64,000 bases of DNA from Vicinamibacteria bacterium (lineage in GTDB: Bacteria; Acidobacteriota; Vicinamibacteria; Marinacidobacterales; Marinacidobacteraceae). The DNA is taken from positions 1,310,824 to 1,374,823 of the forward strand of contig OZ241322.1 in the NCBI GenBank assembly GCA_965199715.1, read 5' to 3'. Position 1 is the first letter of the stretch. Every line of letters starts with the position of its first letter. Below are positions 49,950-59,350 of the stretch, in pieces. The translations under genes were made by a program, and so were the position numbers. The notes below the pieces were generated by a model. The model was not told the DNA's origin, searched no databases, and worked only from the letters and a program-made list of their open reading frames with translations.

Positions 49950-51199
49950 TGCATCTCCTCGGCCACGCGCTCCGCCTCCCGCATGATGCGCAGCGTGTTC
50001 CCGCTCCACAACTGAGCGATCTGCGCCTCGGTGTATCCCCGGCGCACGAGCTCGACAGTGACGTTCGGAGTCTCCGAGGCGTCGTCCCAGCCATCGACCC
50101 CGCCCCCGCCGTCGAAGTCGGAGGAAATGGCGACGTGGTCGAGCCCGATGACGGAGATCGCGTGGTCGATGTGGTCCACGAAGTCGGCGACGGTCACCGG
50201 GAACTGCGCGCTCACCTCGGCGACCCGGGCGCGCAGCGCCTGCCGCTCCGCCTCCTCCAGCGCGGCCGCCTCGGCGAACGAGGACACGCCGAACTCCGCC
50301 ATCGCCGCGGCCGTCGCCGCGGCCTTCTCGGGGGAGTCGGTCTTGACGAAGCTGCGCAGCGCGACGATCTGGATGACCCCGCCGTTCGCCGCGAGCGCCT
50401 GGAGCTGCTCGTCGTCCATGTTCCGGGTGACGTCGGCGAGCGCCTTGGTGCTGGAGTGGGACGCGATGATGGGCGCGGCGGAAAGCTCCGCCGCCTGCAT
50501 CATGGACTTCTTCGAGACGTGCGAGACGTCCACGAGGATTCCGAGGCGGTTCATCTCCCGGATCACGTCGCGCCCGAAGTCGCTGAGACCGCCGTGCTCC
50601 TCGTCGGCGTCGCCGAGGTCGGCGCGCGGGTTCGTCGAGTCGCAGATGTCGTTGTGGCCGTTGTGCGCGAGCGTGACGTAGCGGGCGCCGAGCTCGCGGT
50701 AGGTCTCGAGCAGCGACAGGTCCGTGCCGATCACGAAGCCGTTCTCGATGCCGATGAGCGCAACGAGCTTGCCGTCGGCGTGGATGCGCTCCACGTCGGC
50801 GGCGGTCTGCGCGAGGCCGATCACGTCCGAGTGCTCGGAGACGGCGCGGTGGATCGCGTCGAACTTGGTCTGCGCGCCCTCCTTCGCGGCCGCGTAGCCC
50901 TCCTCGTCGCGGGCGGTCTGGCCGTAGTACACGATGAAGAAGCCGGCGTCGAGGCCGCCCTCGATCATGCGCGGATAGTCCACCTGAAGATCCGGGATGG
51001 AGCCGCCGGGATCGAAGCCCTCGGTGGCGTACGTGAACGGGATGTCGATGTGGGTGTCGAGCGTGAGCACCCGCTTGTGGATTTCGAGAGCGCGGGCGAC
51101 CATCTCCTCCTCGGTCTCCGGGGTCGGCTCCTCGGGGGCGTCGCCGCATCCGGCGACGAGCCCTGCGAAGGCGGCGATCAACAGGCGGTTCGGGAACAT
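49946..51199 (-). CDS. Membrane dipeptidase (peptidase M19, renal-dipeptidase family), lipoprotein
   Basis: 417 aa; lipobox LVAGCG; M19 motifs (HIDIPF, TLAHNGHND, ASHSS). Confidence 0.8.
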   Translation of the reverse strand: MFPNRLLIAAFAGLVAGCGDAPEEPTPETEEEMVARALEIHKRVLTLDTHIDIPFTYATEGFDPGGSIPDLQVDYPRMIEGGLDAGFFIVYYGQTARDEEGYAAAKEGAQTKFDAIHRAVSEHSDVIGLAQTAADVERIHADGKLVALIGIENGFVIGTDLSLLETYRELGARYVTLAHNGHNDICDSTNPRADLGDADEEHGGLSDFGRDVIREMNRLGILVDVSHVSKKSMMQAAELSAAPIIASHSSTKALADVTRNMDDEQLQALAANGGVIQIVALRSFVKTDSPEKAAATAAAMAEFGVSSFAEAAALEEAERQALRARVAEVSAQFPVTVADFVDHIDHAISVIGLDHVAISSDFDGGGGVDGWDDASETPNVTVELVRRGYTEAQIAQLWSGNTLRIMREAERVAEEMQ

Positions 51200-51255
51200 G
51201 GGGGTCTCCTCGGGAGAGGCCGGATCGTACCAACGGGGCCGGGTACGCTCACGCG

Positions 51256-52179
51256 ATGAGCCTGCTGCTGGCCGCGTTGCTCGCGACGCAGTACGGGGCG
51301 CTCGTGGAGCGCTATCGGTCGGGAGCCTTCGTGGAGGCGCTCCGGGAAGCCATGACGCTCCCCATGGACGAGCTCGAGGACGGCGCCGAGGCGCTGCGGC
51401 GAACCCCGGGGACCGACCGGCTTCAGCTTCTGGGGTCGGCGATGCTGCATCTGGACCTCGCCGCCGCGGCCCGGATGGAGCCCGAGCAGAACGAGGAGAT
51501 CGCGTGGCGGACGCTCGTGGTCGCGGGCGGGGAGTGGGCGACCGAGGCCCGGTACGGCCTCGTCGGGACCTATTGGGAGATGGGCCGCTGGGAGGACGTC
51601 GTCCGGATCCTCGAGGAGCTGCGGGGCCGCGACCGCACCGCGCCCCCGTTCCGGCTGCTCGCCGCCCGCTTCAGCGAGATGGCCGGCTGGACCACCCACG
51701 ACGAGCGCTTCTTCGGATACGCCTGGTCGCTCTTCCTCAGCCTGCTGGAGGACGAGGAGCCGGCGCTCCCGCCGGGCGACATGACCGGAGTCCGGCTGCG
51801 CCTCGCCCATCTGGCGCTCCGCAACGGCGATCCCGAGGAAGCGCTCGAGCGCCTCGACGCGCTCGGGCCGCTGACCCCGGTGCAGCGGTTCGCGAGCCTC
51901 GTGATCCGGGGCGAGACCCTGCTCTGGCTCGGCGAGTTCGCGACGGCCGAGACGGCTCTCGCCGAGGCCCAGGCGATCCACGTGGGCTCGTTCACCGTCG
52001 CGACCGCGCTCGCGACCGCCCGGCGCCTGCGGGGCGACCTCGCCGGGGCCGAGGCCGCGGTGCGCACGCAGCTCGCCGCCGCCGACGGGGAGGACGCCTG
52101 GTGGCGCTTCCTTTCCGGGGGTCTCGAGGACGAGCAGGCGCAGCTCGCGCGGCTGCGGCGGCTGGCGCTCAACCCATGA
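51256..52179 (+). CDS. Hypothetical protein with TPR-like helical repeats
   Basis: 307 aa, Ala/Leu/Glu-rich helical repeats; no catalytic motifs. Confidence 0.45.
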   Translation: MSLLLAALLATQYGALVERYRSGAFVEALREAMTLPMDELEDGAEALRRTPGTDRLQLLGSAMLHLDLAAAARMEPEQNEEIAWRTLVVAGGEWATEARYGLVGTYWEMGRWEDVVRILEELRGRDRTAPPFRLLAARFSEMAGWTTHDERFFGYAWSLFLSLLEDEEPALPPGDMTGVRLRLAHLALRNGDPEEALERLDALGPLTPVQRFASLVIRGETLLWLGEFATAETALAEAQAIHVGSFTVATALATARRLRGDLAGAEAAVRTQLAAADGEDAWWRFLSGGLEDEQAQLARLRRLALNP

Positions 52180-53177
52180 CCGCCCTCCTCCTGCTCGCGC
52201 TTTTCGCCCAGTTCCGGGTCACCGTCGAAGAAGTGCTGGTGGACGTGGTCGTGACCCGGGGGGACGAGCCGGTGAGGGGACTCGTCGCCGCGGACTTCGA
52301 GCTTCTCGACGAGGGCGTCGCCCGCCCGGTCCGGATCGTGCCGCTCGACGACCTGTCGCTTTCGGTGCTGTTCGTGATGGACCTGAGCCTGAGCGTGACC
52401 CCCGAGCGCCGCGAGCGGCTGCGGAGCGCCGCCGAGCGGGTGGCGCGCCAGCTCGACCCGGGGGACGTCTGCGCCGCGTCGGCCTTCGCCGGAACCTTCG
52501 CGCTGATCCACGACTTCGCGCCCTGCGCGAGCCTGCCCGAGGACGTCTTCGGCGGCGTGGAGACCGGCGGCGGCACGGCGCTGTGGGACTCGCTCGCGAC
52601 GGCCATCTCACTCGCCGACGCGGCGCCCGGGCGCTCGGTCATCCTCCTGTTCTCCGACGGCGCGGACACGGTGAGCTGGCTCCCCGAACCGCTCGTCGAG
52701 GAGACGCTGCGCACGAGCGACGCGCTCATCCACGCGCTCATCCCGCCGGACGCCCGGGGCCGCGCCCGAGCCCGGCCGAGGGGGCGGGTGACGACGATTC
52801 CGCCGTCGGTGCAGCGCCGCGCGCGCATCGGGATCCGGCGGATGGGCGCGGGGCCCGCCCCGGATTCGCTCGCGACGCTGCTCCCGGCGCGTTCGCAGGG
52901 GTTCCGGTCCCGGCTCGGCCAGCACGCGCCGTCCGAGCTGCAGCTCCTGCGGCGGGTGACCGAGCTCAGCGGCGGGCGGATGATCACGGTGCGCGAGGAG
53001 GACGGCGTGCTCGTCGCGTACGAGGAGATCCTCCGCGACCTCGAGTCGCGCTACGTGCTGGCGTTCTCGCCCGATCCGGCGCAGGCGCCGGGCTGGCGGC
53101 GGCTGGAGGTGACCACGACCGCCGAGGGCGCCGAGGTGCGCGCCCGCCGCGGCTGGTTCCACGGCGCGACCCGCTGA
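52176..53177 (+). CDS. von Willebrand factor type A (VWA) domain protein
   Basis: ATG overlapping upstream stop (ATGA); VWA region (LSVLFVMDLSLSV, GGTALWDSLATAISLA, ILLFSDGAD); the other 393 codons of track ORF 50997..53177 are spurious. Confidence 0.6.
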   Translation: MTALLLLALFAQFRVTVEEVLVDVVVTRGDEPVRGLVAADFELLDEGVARPVRIVPLDDLSLSVLFVMDLSLSVTPERRERLRSAAERVARQLDPGDVCAASAFAGTFALIHDFAPCASLPEDVFGGVETGGGTALWDSLATAISLADAAPGRSVILLFSDGADTVSWLPEPLVEETLRTSDALIHALIPPDARGRARARPRGRVTTIPPSVQRRARIGIRRMGAGPAPDSLATLLPARSQGFRSRLGQHAPSELQLLRRVTELSGGRMITVREEDGVLVAYEEILRDLESRYVLAFSPDPAQAPGWRRLEVTTTAEGAEVRARRGWFHGATR

Positions 53178-53178
53178 G

Positions 53179-53550
53179 CTATTCGTTGTACACGGCGCCC
53201 GCCAGGATCCCGGCGACGGCCATCTCCGCGAAGGTCCAGCCGAGGGCGAGCCACGGCAGCGGCATGACGCCCATGTTGGCGAGCCCGGTGGCGGGCAGCA
53301 GCGCGTGGAGGAACCACACGATCAGGCCGGCGCAGGCGGCGGTCTTCGGGCCCGGTCCCCAGCGGGGCCGCACCAGCGCGTACATGTAGGCCACGAACAG
53401 GCCCAGCACGAACGCGTAGAGCACCCAGAACGCCATGGACCCGGCGGCGTCCGGCTCCACCGGAACGACGATCGTGTTGAGGACGAACTCGCTGAAGTTG
53501 ATCAGGATTCCGGCGAGGATGCCGCCCTTGACGACCGCGCCCAGCCTCAT
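53179..53550 (-). CDS. Small 4-TM membrane protein translationally coupled to sdhB (possible accessory membrane subunit)
   Basis: Internal ATG (residue 43 of track ORF) overlapping sdhB stop as ATGA; 123 aa with four hydrophobic helices. Confidence 0.45.
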   Translation of the reverse strand: MRLGAVVKGGILAGILINFSEFVLNTIVVPVEPDAAGSMAFWVLYAFVLGLFVAYMYALVRPRWGPGPKTAACAGLIVWFLHALLPATGLANMGVMPLPWLALGWTFAEMAVAGILAGAVYNE

Positions 53551-54293
53551 CGCCCGGTGATGACCCGGAACAGGTTCCGGACCGGATCGTAGAACCGGTC
53601 CGCGACCCGCTCCTTCAGCGGGATGATCGCGTTGTCGGTGATCGTGATGTGCTCCGGACAGACCTTGGTGCAGCACTTGGTGATGTTGCAGTACCCGACG
53701 CCCTGCGCGTCCTTCAGTTCCTCGAGGCGATCCTCCGTGTCCAGCGGGTGCATCTCGAGCGCCGCGGCGTACACGAAGAACCGCGGTCCGATGAACTCCT
53801 CATGCAGGTGCGAGTCGCGCAGGACGTGGCAGACGTCCTGGCAGAGGAAGCACTCGATGCACTTGCGGAATTCCTGGACGCGATCCACGTCGCGCTGGGG
53901 CATGCGCCAGGTGCCGTCGGGGGCGTCGGCCTCGCGGGGCTTGAACGTCTTGATGCGCTTCTTGACCTCGAAGTTCCAGCTCACGTCGGTGACGAGGTCC
54001 TTGAGGATCGGGAACGCCCGCATCGGCTCGATCGTGACCGGGCGATCGTCGGGCACGTCGCTCATGCGGGTCATGCACATGAGGCGCGGGTTCCCGTTCA
54101 CCTCGGCGCTGCAGGAGCCGCACTTCCCCGCCTTGCAGTTCCAGCGCACCGCCAGATCGGGCGCGGACTCGGCCTGGATCCGATGCACCGCGTCCAGCAC
54201 CACCATGCCCTCGGTGACGTCGGTGCGGTACTCCACCATCTCGCCGCCGTCGTCGGGGGAGCCCCGGCGGATCCGGAACGCTCTCTCGGCCAT
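53547..54293 (-). CDS. sdhB: Succinate dehydrogenase / fumarate reductase iron-sulfur subunit
   Basis: ATG overlapping sdhA stop (TGATG); 2Fe-2S CKAGKCGSC and 4Fe-4S/3Fe-4S CIECFLCQDVC, CCTKVCP clusters. Confidence 0.9.
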   Translation of the reverse strand: MAERAFRIRRGSPDDGGEMVEYRTDVTEGMVVLDAVHRIQAESAPDLAVRWNCKAGKCGSCSAEVNGNPRLMCMTRMSDVPDDRPVTIEPMRAFPILKDLVTDVSWNFEVKKRIKTFKPREADAPDGTWRMPQRDVDRVQEFRKCIECFLCQDVCHVLRDSHLHEEFIGPRFFVYAAALEMHPLDTEDRLEELKDAQGVGYCNITKCCTKVCPEHITITDNAIIPLKERVADRFYDPVRNLFRVITGR

Positions 54294-56110
54294 CAGCGGT
54301 TCTCCTCGATGATCTGGAGCAGCTCGCCGCGGGGCGCCGCGACCGGCTCCTCCGAGACCTCCATCGCGCCGCCCTCGCCCCGGCGGACCACGAGCGTGGT
54401 CTTGCCCCAGCGCTCGTCCTTGCCGGGATGGTCCTCGCGGAAATGGGCGCCGCGGCTCTCTTTGCGCACCGCCGCGGTGCGGGCGGCCGCCTCGGACACC
54501 AGCAGCAGGTTCGGGAGGTCGAGCGCGGTGTGCCATCCCGGGTTGTACTCGCGGCTGCCCGGGGAGACGACCGTCTTCGAGCGTGCGCCGAGCGCCAGCA
54601 CGCCCTCGAGGCCCGCATCGACCTCGGACTGGCTGCGCACGATGCCGACCTTCGCCTGCATCAGGTCCTGGAGCTCGGACTGGATCGCGTAGGGGTTCTC
54701 GCCGCCGGCGTCCTGCCGCTCGAGCGGCGCGAGCGCGTCGCGGGTCGCCGCCTCTACCTGCTCGGCCTCGGTCGCCTCGCACGCGGGCCGCGGGTTCGCC
54801 GACGCGAAGCCCGCCGCGTGCTCCCCCGCCCGCTTGCCGAACACGAGGAGGTCCGAGAGCGAGTTTCCGCCGAGCCGGTTCGCGCCGTGGAGCCCGCCCG
54901 CGCACTCGCCAGCGGCGAACAGCCCGGGAACCGCGCTCATCTGGGTCTCCCCGTCCACCCGCACGCCGCCCATGACGTAGTGGGTCGTGGGGCCGACCTC
55001 CATCGGGGTGGTCGTGATGTCGAGGCCGGCCAGCTCCTTGAACTGATGGTACATGCTCGGGAGCTTCCGGCGGATGTGGGCCTCGCTGTCCTTGATCCGC
55101 TCCTTGATCCACGCGATGTCGAGGAACACGCCCCCGTGCGGGCTGCCGCGGCCCTCGCGGACCTCGCGGACGATGCAGCGGGCGACGTGGTCGCGGGTGA
55201 GGAGCTCGGGCGGGCGCCGCGCTTCCTTGTCGCCCTGCGTGTAGCGCCATCCCTCCTCGGCGTCGCTCGCGGTCTGCGACCGGTAGAGGTCGGGGATGTC
55301 GTCGAACATGAAGCGCTCGCCCTCGCTGTTGCGCAGCACGCCGCCCTCTCCCCGGACGCCCTCGGTGACCAAGATTCCGCGGACGCTCGGCGGCCAGACC
55401 ATCCCCGTGGGATGAAACTGGACGTACTCCATGTCGATCAGCTCGGCGCCGGCGTCGTACGCGAGCGCGTGGCCGTCGCCGGTGTACTCCCAACTGTTCG
55501 AGGTGACCCGGAACGCGCGCCCGATGCCGCCCGTGGCGAGCACCACGGCGGAGGCGCGATAGAGCCGGAAGCGCCCTCGCTCCCGGTCGTACCCGAAGGC
55601 GCCGACGACGCGCCCGCCGTCGAGGAGCAGCCGGGTGACCGTCTGCTCCATGTACACGTCCATCCCGGTGTGGATGCCGTGATCCTGGAGCGTGCGGATC
55701 ATCTCGAGCCCGGTGCGGTCGCCGACGTGCGCGAGCCGGGGATACCGGTGGCCCCCGAAGTTGCGCTGCATGATCCGCTCGTCGGGGGTGCGGTCGAACA
55801 CCGCCCCCCACGCCTCGAGCTCGTTCACCCGCTGCGGGGCTTCCTTCGCATGAAGCTCGGCCATGACCGGGTTGTTCACGTACTGGCCGCCGCGCATCGT
55901 GTCGGCGAAATGGGTGCGCCAGTCGTCGCGCTCGTCCACGTTGGCCAGCGCGGCGGCGACGCCCCCCTCGGCCATCACCGTGTGCGCCTTGCCGAGCAGC
56001 GACTTGGTCACGAGCCCGACGCTCGCGCCCCGGGACGCGGCCTCGATGGCGGCGCGCAGCCCGGCGCCGCCGGCGCCGATCACCAGGACGTCGTGCTCGG
56101 TGGTCTGCAC
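54293..56110 (-). CDS. sdhA: Succinate dehydrogenase / fumarate reductase flavoprotein subunit
   Basis: 605 aa; FAD-binding VLVIGAGGAGLRAA, covalent-FAD His region, RLGGNSL. Confidence 0.9.
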   Translation of the reverse strand: MQTTEHDVLVIGAGGAGLRAAIEAASRGASVGLVTKSLLGKAHTVMAEGGVAAALANVDERDDWRTHFADTMRGGQYVNNPVMAELHAKEAPQRVNELEAWGAVFDRTPDERIMQRNFGGHRYPRLAHVGDRTGLEMIRTLQDHGIHTGMDVYMEQTVTRLLLDGGRVVGAFGYDRERGRFRLYRASAVVLATGGIGRAFRVTSNSWEYTGDGHALAYDAGAELIDMEYVQFHPTGMVWPPSVRGILVTEGVRGEGGVLRNSEGERFMFDDIPDLYRSQTASDAEEGWRYTQGDKEARRPPELLTRDHVARCIVREVREGRGSPHGGVFLDIAWIKERIKDSEAHIRRKLPSMYHQFKELAGLDITTTPMEVGPTTHYVMGGVRVDGETQMSAVPGLFAAGECAGGLHGANRLGGNSLSDLLVFGKRAGEHAAGFASANPRPACEATEAEQVEAATRDALAPLERQDAGGENPYAIQSELQDLMQAKVGIVRSQSEVDAGLEGVLALGARSKTVVSPGSREYNPGWHTALDLPNLLLVSEAAARTAAVRKESRGAHFREDHPGKDERWGKTTLVVRRGEGGAMEVSEEPVAAPRGELLQIIEENR

Positions 56111-56111
56111 G

Positions 56112-56918
56112 TCAGAGGATCCGGAAGTCGGTCCAGACGCCCATGGAGCAGAGCCGGACGTACACGTCGGAGAACGCGACCCAGACGAGGCTGAACCAGG
56201 CGAAGTTCATGTGCCGGATGTTCAGCCACGTGGAGCATTCGTAGGCGCAGCGGCGCGCCGGGCGATCCGCGATGCGGTCGAGGAGCCCGCCGACGAGGTG
56301 CCGGAACGAATGGCAGCCGAAGGTGTAGCCGCCGAGCAGGATCACGTTGAGCGTCAGGACGAGCGTGCCCACGCCGATCCCGAATTCCTCGACTCCGCTG
56401 GCCGGGTTGGCGAACCACATCGCCTTCCAGGCGTCGTACGCGAGGATCCCGATGAAGATGACCGCGAAATAAAGGAAGTACCGGTGGACGTTCTGGAGGA
56501 TGAGCGGGAGGCTGTTTTCGCCCCGGTACACCTTCCACGGCTTGCCCACGGTGCACGAGGCCGGGCTGGCCCAGAACGCCTTGTAGTACGCGCCGCGGTA
56601 GTAGTAGCAGGTGAGCCGGAACCCGGCGGGCGCCCAGAGGATGAGGAACGCCGGCGAGAACGGCACGAAGGCCGGCCAGAATCCGGGCTTGTCGCCCAGC
56701 CATGCGTGGTGCGAGTCGCCGAAGAGCACCGGCGAGTACATCGGCGACAGGTAGTTCCCGAGCTCGTAGTGGGCGTTTTGGAACGCGGCCCACGTGGAGT
56801 ACACGATGAACCCGGAGAGGACCGTGAAGGTCACGACGGGGACGATCCACCACGGTTCGCGCCGGCGCGTGGCCCCGAATCCCTGCTGCGCGGGCAGCGT
56901 CCCGGCTACGGTCGGCAC
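56112..56918 (-). CDS. sdhC: Succinate dehydrogenase cytochrome b subunit (5-TM b558-type membrane anchor)
   Basis: GTG start (residue 89 of track ORF 56112..57182) chosen downstream of the OMP gene stop at 56948; five predicted TM helices with His residues; 1-bp gap to sdhA. Confidence 0.6.
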   Translation of the reverse strand: MPTVAGTLPAQQGFGATRRREPWWIVPVVTFTVLSGFIVYSTWAAFQNAHYELGNYLSPMYSPVLFGDSHHAWLGDKPGFWPAFVPFSPAFLILWAPAGFRLTCYYYRGAYYKAFWASPASCTVGKPWKVYRGENSLPLILQNVHRYFLYFAVIFIGILAYDAWKAMWFANPASGVEEFGIGVGTLVLTLNVILLGGYTFGCHSFRHLVGGLLDRIADRPARRCAYECSTWLNIRHMNFAWFSLVWVAFSDVYVRLCSMGVWTDFRIL

Positions 56919-56947
56919 GATTCGGAGTGTACCAGCGGCCCCGCGCG

Positions 56948-57730
56948 TCAGAACCTCAGGACGAGGAGGACTTGCGGGATGATCTCGTGGTCGCCGCCGG
57001 AGCCGAACTTGTTCCACCAGAAGTGGAGCTCGGCGCCGACGAAGAACCGGTTCGGCTCGGAGTCCATGGCCTCGCCCAGATCCATCCGGATCTGCGGCTG
57101 GAACAGCACCCACGCGGCGTTTCGGAAGCCGAGCTCGCTGTCGGTGGCGCTGTGCCATTCGCCGTGGCCCTCGACGGTCCACGACGAGTCTCCCAGTTGG
57201 AAGGGCCGGCTCCAGTTGAAGTCGATGACGAAGGAGCTGGACGCCTTGGGGGCGCCGCCGCCCTCGAGCCCGGCGCTTTGGTCCACGAGCCAGGTGAAGT
57301 CGAGGTTCGAGAAGGCGAAGCGCGGGAGGTCGAGCTGGAGGCGGACGCCCGGCGACCAGCGCAGCGACTTGGCCTGCGCCGCCCAGTTGAAGCCGAGGAT
57401 GGGGCCGATCCCCCGCACCGGCCCGAAGGAGACCTCCTTGCCGGCGATCGACCCGTAGTCGAAGTAGGCGTAGTACTCGGAGTAGGCGTCACGGTCGGCG
57501 GCGGCGCCCTCGCAGCACGAGAAGTCCACGAAGAAGAAATGCTCGCCCTTGCTCCATCCGCTCGCGTGCTGCAGCGTGAACAGGTTCTGGAAGCCGGGCG
57601 CGTTGAAGGGGCCGTCCTGCAGCGCGTATCCCCCCTGGTATTGGAGCTCGGTGGCGCTCCACTGGGCCCGGGCGAGCGACGGGAAGAGCGCGGCGAGCAG
57701 GATCGCGGGAAGTGTCGGGAAGCGCTTCAC
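56948..57730 (-). CDS. Outer-membrane beta-barrel protein (hypothetical porin-like)
   Basis: 260 aa; signal peptide; alternating amphipathic beta-strand pattern; C-terminal aromatic (…LVLRF). Confidence 0.55.
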   Translation of the reverse strand: MKRFPTLPAILLAALFPSLARAQWSATELQYQGGYALQDGPFNAPGFQNLFTLQHASGWSKGEHFFFVDFSCCEGAAADRDAYSEYYAYFDYGSIAGKEVSFGPVRGIGPILGFNWAAQAKSLRWSPGVRLQLDLPRFAFSNLDFTWLVDQSAGLEGGGAPKASSSFVIDFNWSRPFQLGDSSWTVEGHGEWHSATDSELGFRNAAWVLFQPQIRMDLGEAMDSEPNRFFVGAELHFWWNKFGSGGDHEIIPQVLLVLRF

Positions 57731-57747
57731 GATGGCTAAATTAGCCG

Positions 57748-58509
57748 ATGGGGATCGGACGGATCGCGTTCGGGCCGGTGGCGGCGCTTGCGCTCTCGGC
57801 CGCCGTTCTCGCCGGTTCGCAAACCGCCCGGGGGGAGCGAGCAGCCGAGCGAATGCGCATGGTCGAACAACAGATCGAGGCGCTCGGGGTGCGCGATCCC
57901 GCCGTGCTCGAGGCGATGCGAAGCGTGCCGAGGCACCGGTTCGTGCCCGAGACGCACCGGGACTTCGCGTACGAGCACCGGGCGCTGCCGATCGCCGAGG
58001 GCCAGACCATCAGCCAGCCGTTCGTCGTGGCGCTGATGACCGAGCTGGCGCGCGTCCGGCCCGGCGACCGGGTGCTCGAGATCGGAACCGGATCCGGCTA
58101 TCAGGCGGCGGTCCTCGCCGAGATCGGGGCGCAGGTGTTCACCATCGAGCGGATCGCGCCGCTCTCGCGCGGGGCGCGGGAAGTCCTGGCCGAGCTCGGC
58201 TACGGGAACGTCCGGTTCCGGATCGGTGACGGGTACGCCGGTTGGCCCGACGAAGCGCCCTTCGACCGCATCCTCGTGACCGCCGCCCCGCCCGAGATCC
58301 CGCCGGCGCTCGTGGGACAGCTCGGCCCGGGGGGACGGCTGGTCGCGCCGGTCGGCCCCGACGGCGCCGAGCAGGACCTTGTCGTGGCGGTGCGCGAGGA
58401 GTCCGGGGAGGTTCGGGTCGAGAACCACGGCGGCGTGTACTTCGTCCCGATGGTGCCGGGCGGCCGCCGGCCGGGCGGTGACCACTCACTTGGTCCGTCC
58501 AAGGAGTGA
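57748..58509 (+). CDS. pcm: Protein-L-isoaspartate O-methyltransferase, with N-terminal signal-like segment
   Basis: SAM motifs VLEIGTGSGYQAAVLA, ISQPFVVALM; 253 aa. Confidence 0.85.
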   Translation: MGIGRIAFGPVAALALSAAVLAGSQTARGERAAERMRMVEQQIEALGVRDPAVLEAMRSVPRHRFVPETHRDFAYEHRALPIAEGQTISQPFVVALMTELARVRPGDRVLEIGTGSGYQAAVLAEIGAQVFTIERIAPLSRGAREVLAELGYGNVRFRIGDGYAGWPDEAPFDRILVTAAPPEIPPALVGQLGPGGRLVAPVGPDGAEQDLVVAVREESGEVRVENHGGVYFVPMVPGGRRPGGDHSLGPSKE

Positions 58510-58699
58510 TCGCCCCTTGACTGCGAAGCGTGCAGACCATACGAAGCGCCCAGCCAGCGAGGAGATGCGTCGGCGGATCGTGTCCCGAATTCGACGCAAT
58601 CAGCGACGACGGGAGCGTGGCCGAAGCACCCCGCAAGAAGGCGATGTATCCGGCGCCGAGCAGGACGCGTGTCACGCTCTCGGGGGGAAAATCGGAAGT

Positions 58700-59350
58700 C
58701 CCGGGTTAGTAGCGGAGGCATTGGAACGGGCGGGTGAACCCGCCGAAACGCTCATGGCCACCCCCGCATCCGATCCTTGGATTCGATCGAGCGACAAACG
58801 GTCATCCACTTGCTGGCGTCGGAGAATCAAAACGAGATCGGCATGCGCTACTGGAATCGTTGCCGTCCGACCAGATGGAACGGCGGGAGGAATCGGACTT
58901 GGTTCCGATGTACATCGGGACAGGGCGCTGGTCCGATGCCGCGCGAATCTGCTTCGATCGGATAGGGCTGGTACTCCGCTGGAGATTGTGGACGCCTTCA
59001 ATCTCGGCACGGCTCAATGGGGCGCATCCGGTACTCCCAAGGAAATGTCGTTTCGCCAAGTGCCGGCGTTGTCGCTGGACACCGCGGACGAGGGTGCCAA
59101 TTTCCATCAGTGCATGGCAATCTCGCACTGGGTGTTGGGAGATAGCGAGAATGCCTCAACGCGTGTTCGTGTTTCTCGAGACGCTGTTGGGACGAGGCTC
59201 GGCACCCGAGAATTTGGCTGTTGGCGCTACGAGCGCGTAGCCCCGAAGGAGTTCCTCAAGGACCTCGACGAGTTCCAGGCCCTCATCGAAGGGGACGAGA
59301 CCAAGCGGCCCCGGTTCATGACCCGGGCTGCGTCACCGTCTTCCGACTGA
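58700..59350 (+). pseudogene. Frameshift-decayed coding region of unknown function in a lower-GC patch
   Basis: Protein-like translation in three successive plus-strand frames (DSIERQTVIHLLASENQNEIGMRY -> ALLESLPSDQMERREESDLVPMYIGTGRWSDAARICFDRIGLV -> PLEIVDAFNLGTAQWGASGTPKEMSFRQVPAL...KEFLKDLDEFQALIEGDETKRPRF); no intact ORF with a sensible start. Confidence 0.3.

Noticed and set aside
48900-51233. 777-aa minus-strand ORF
   Set aside because: It actually covers two genes: the M19 dipeptidase (49946..51199, different frame) and the 2OG oxygenase starting at GTG 49949. Only the lower part is real in this frame.
58690-58760. Possible RNase P RNA / structured ncRNA (GAAGTCCCGGGTT resembles the P4 GGAAAGUCCGGGCU)
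   Set aside because: Only one short partial match; no ACAGAACCCGGCUUA, no GGUGAAA/GUAAGAGCGCACC modules, and the region shows residual protein-like translation.
58379-59350. 323-aa ORF as an intact gene
   Set aside because: It starts 131 nt inside pcm, its N-terminal two thirds are W/C/R-rich junk, and coding signal jumps between frames; treated as a decayed region instead.
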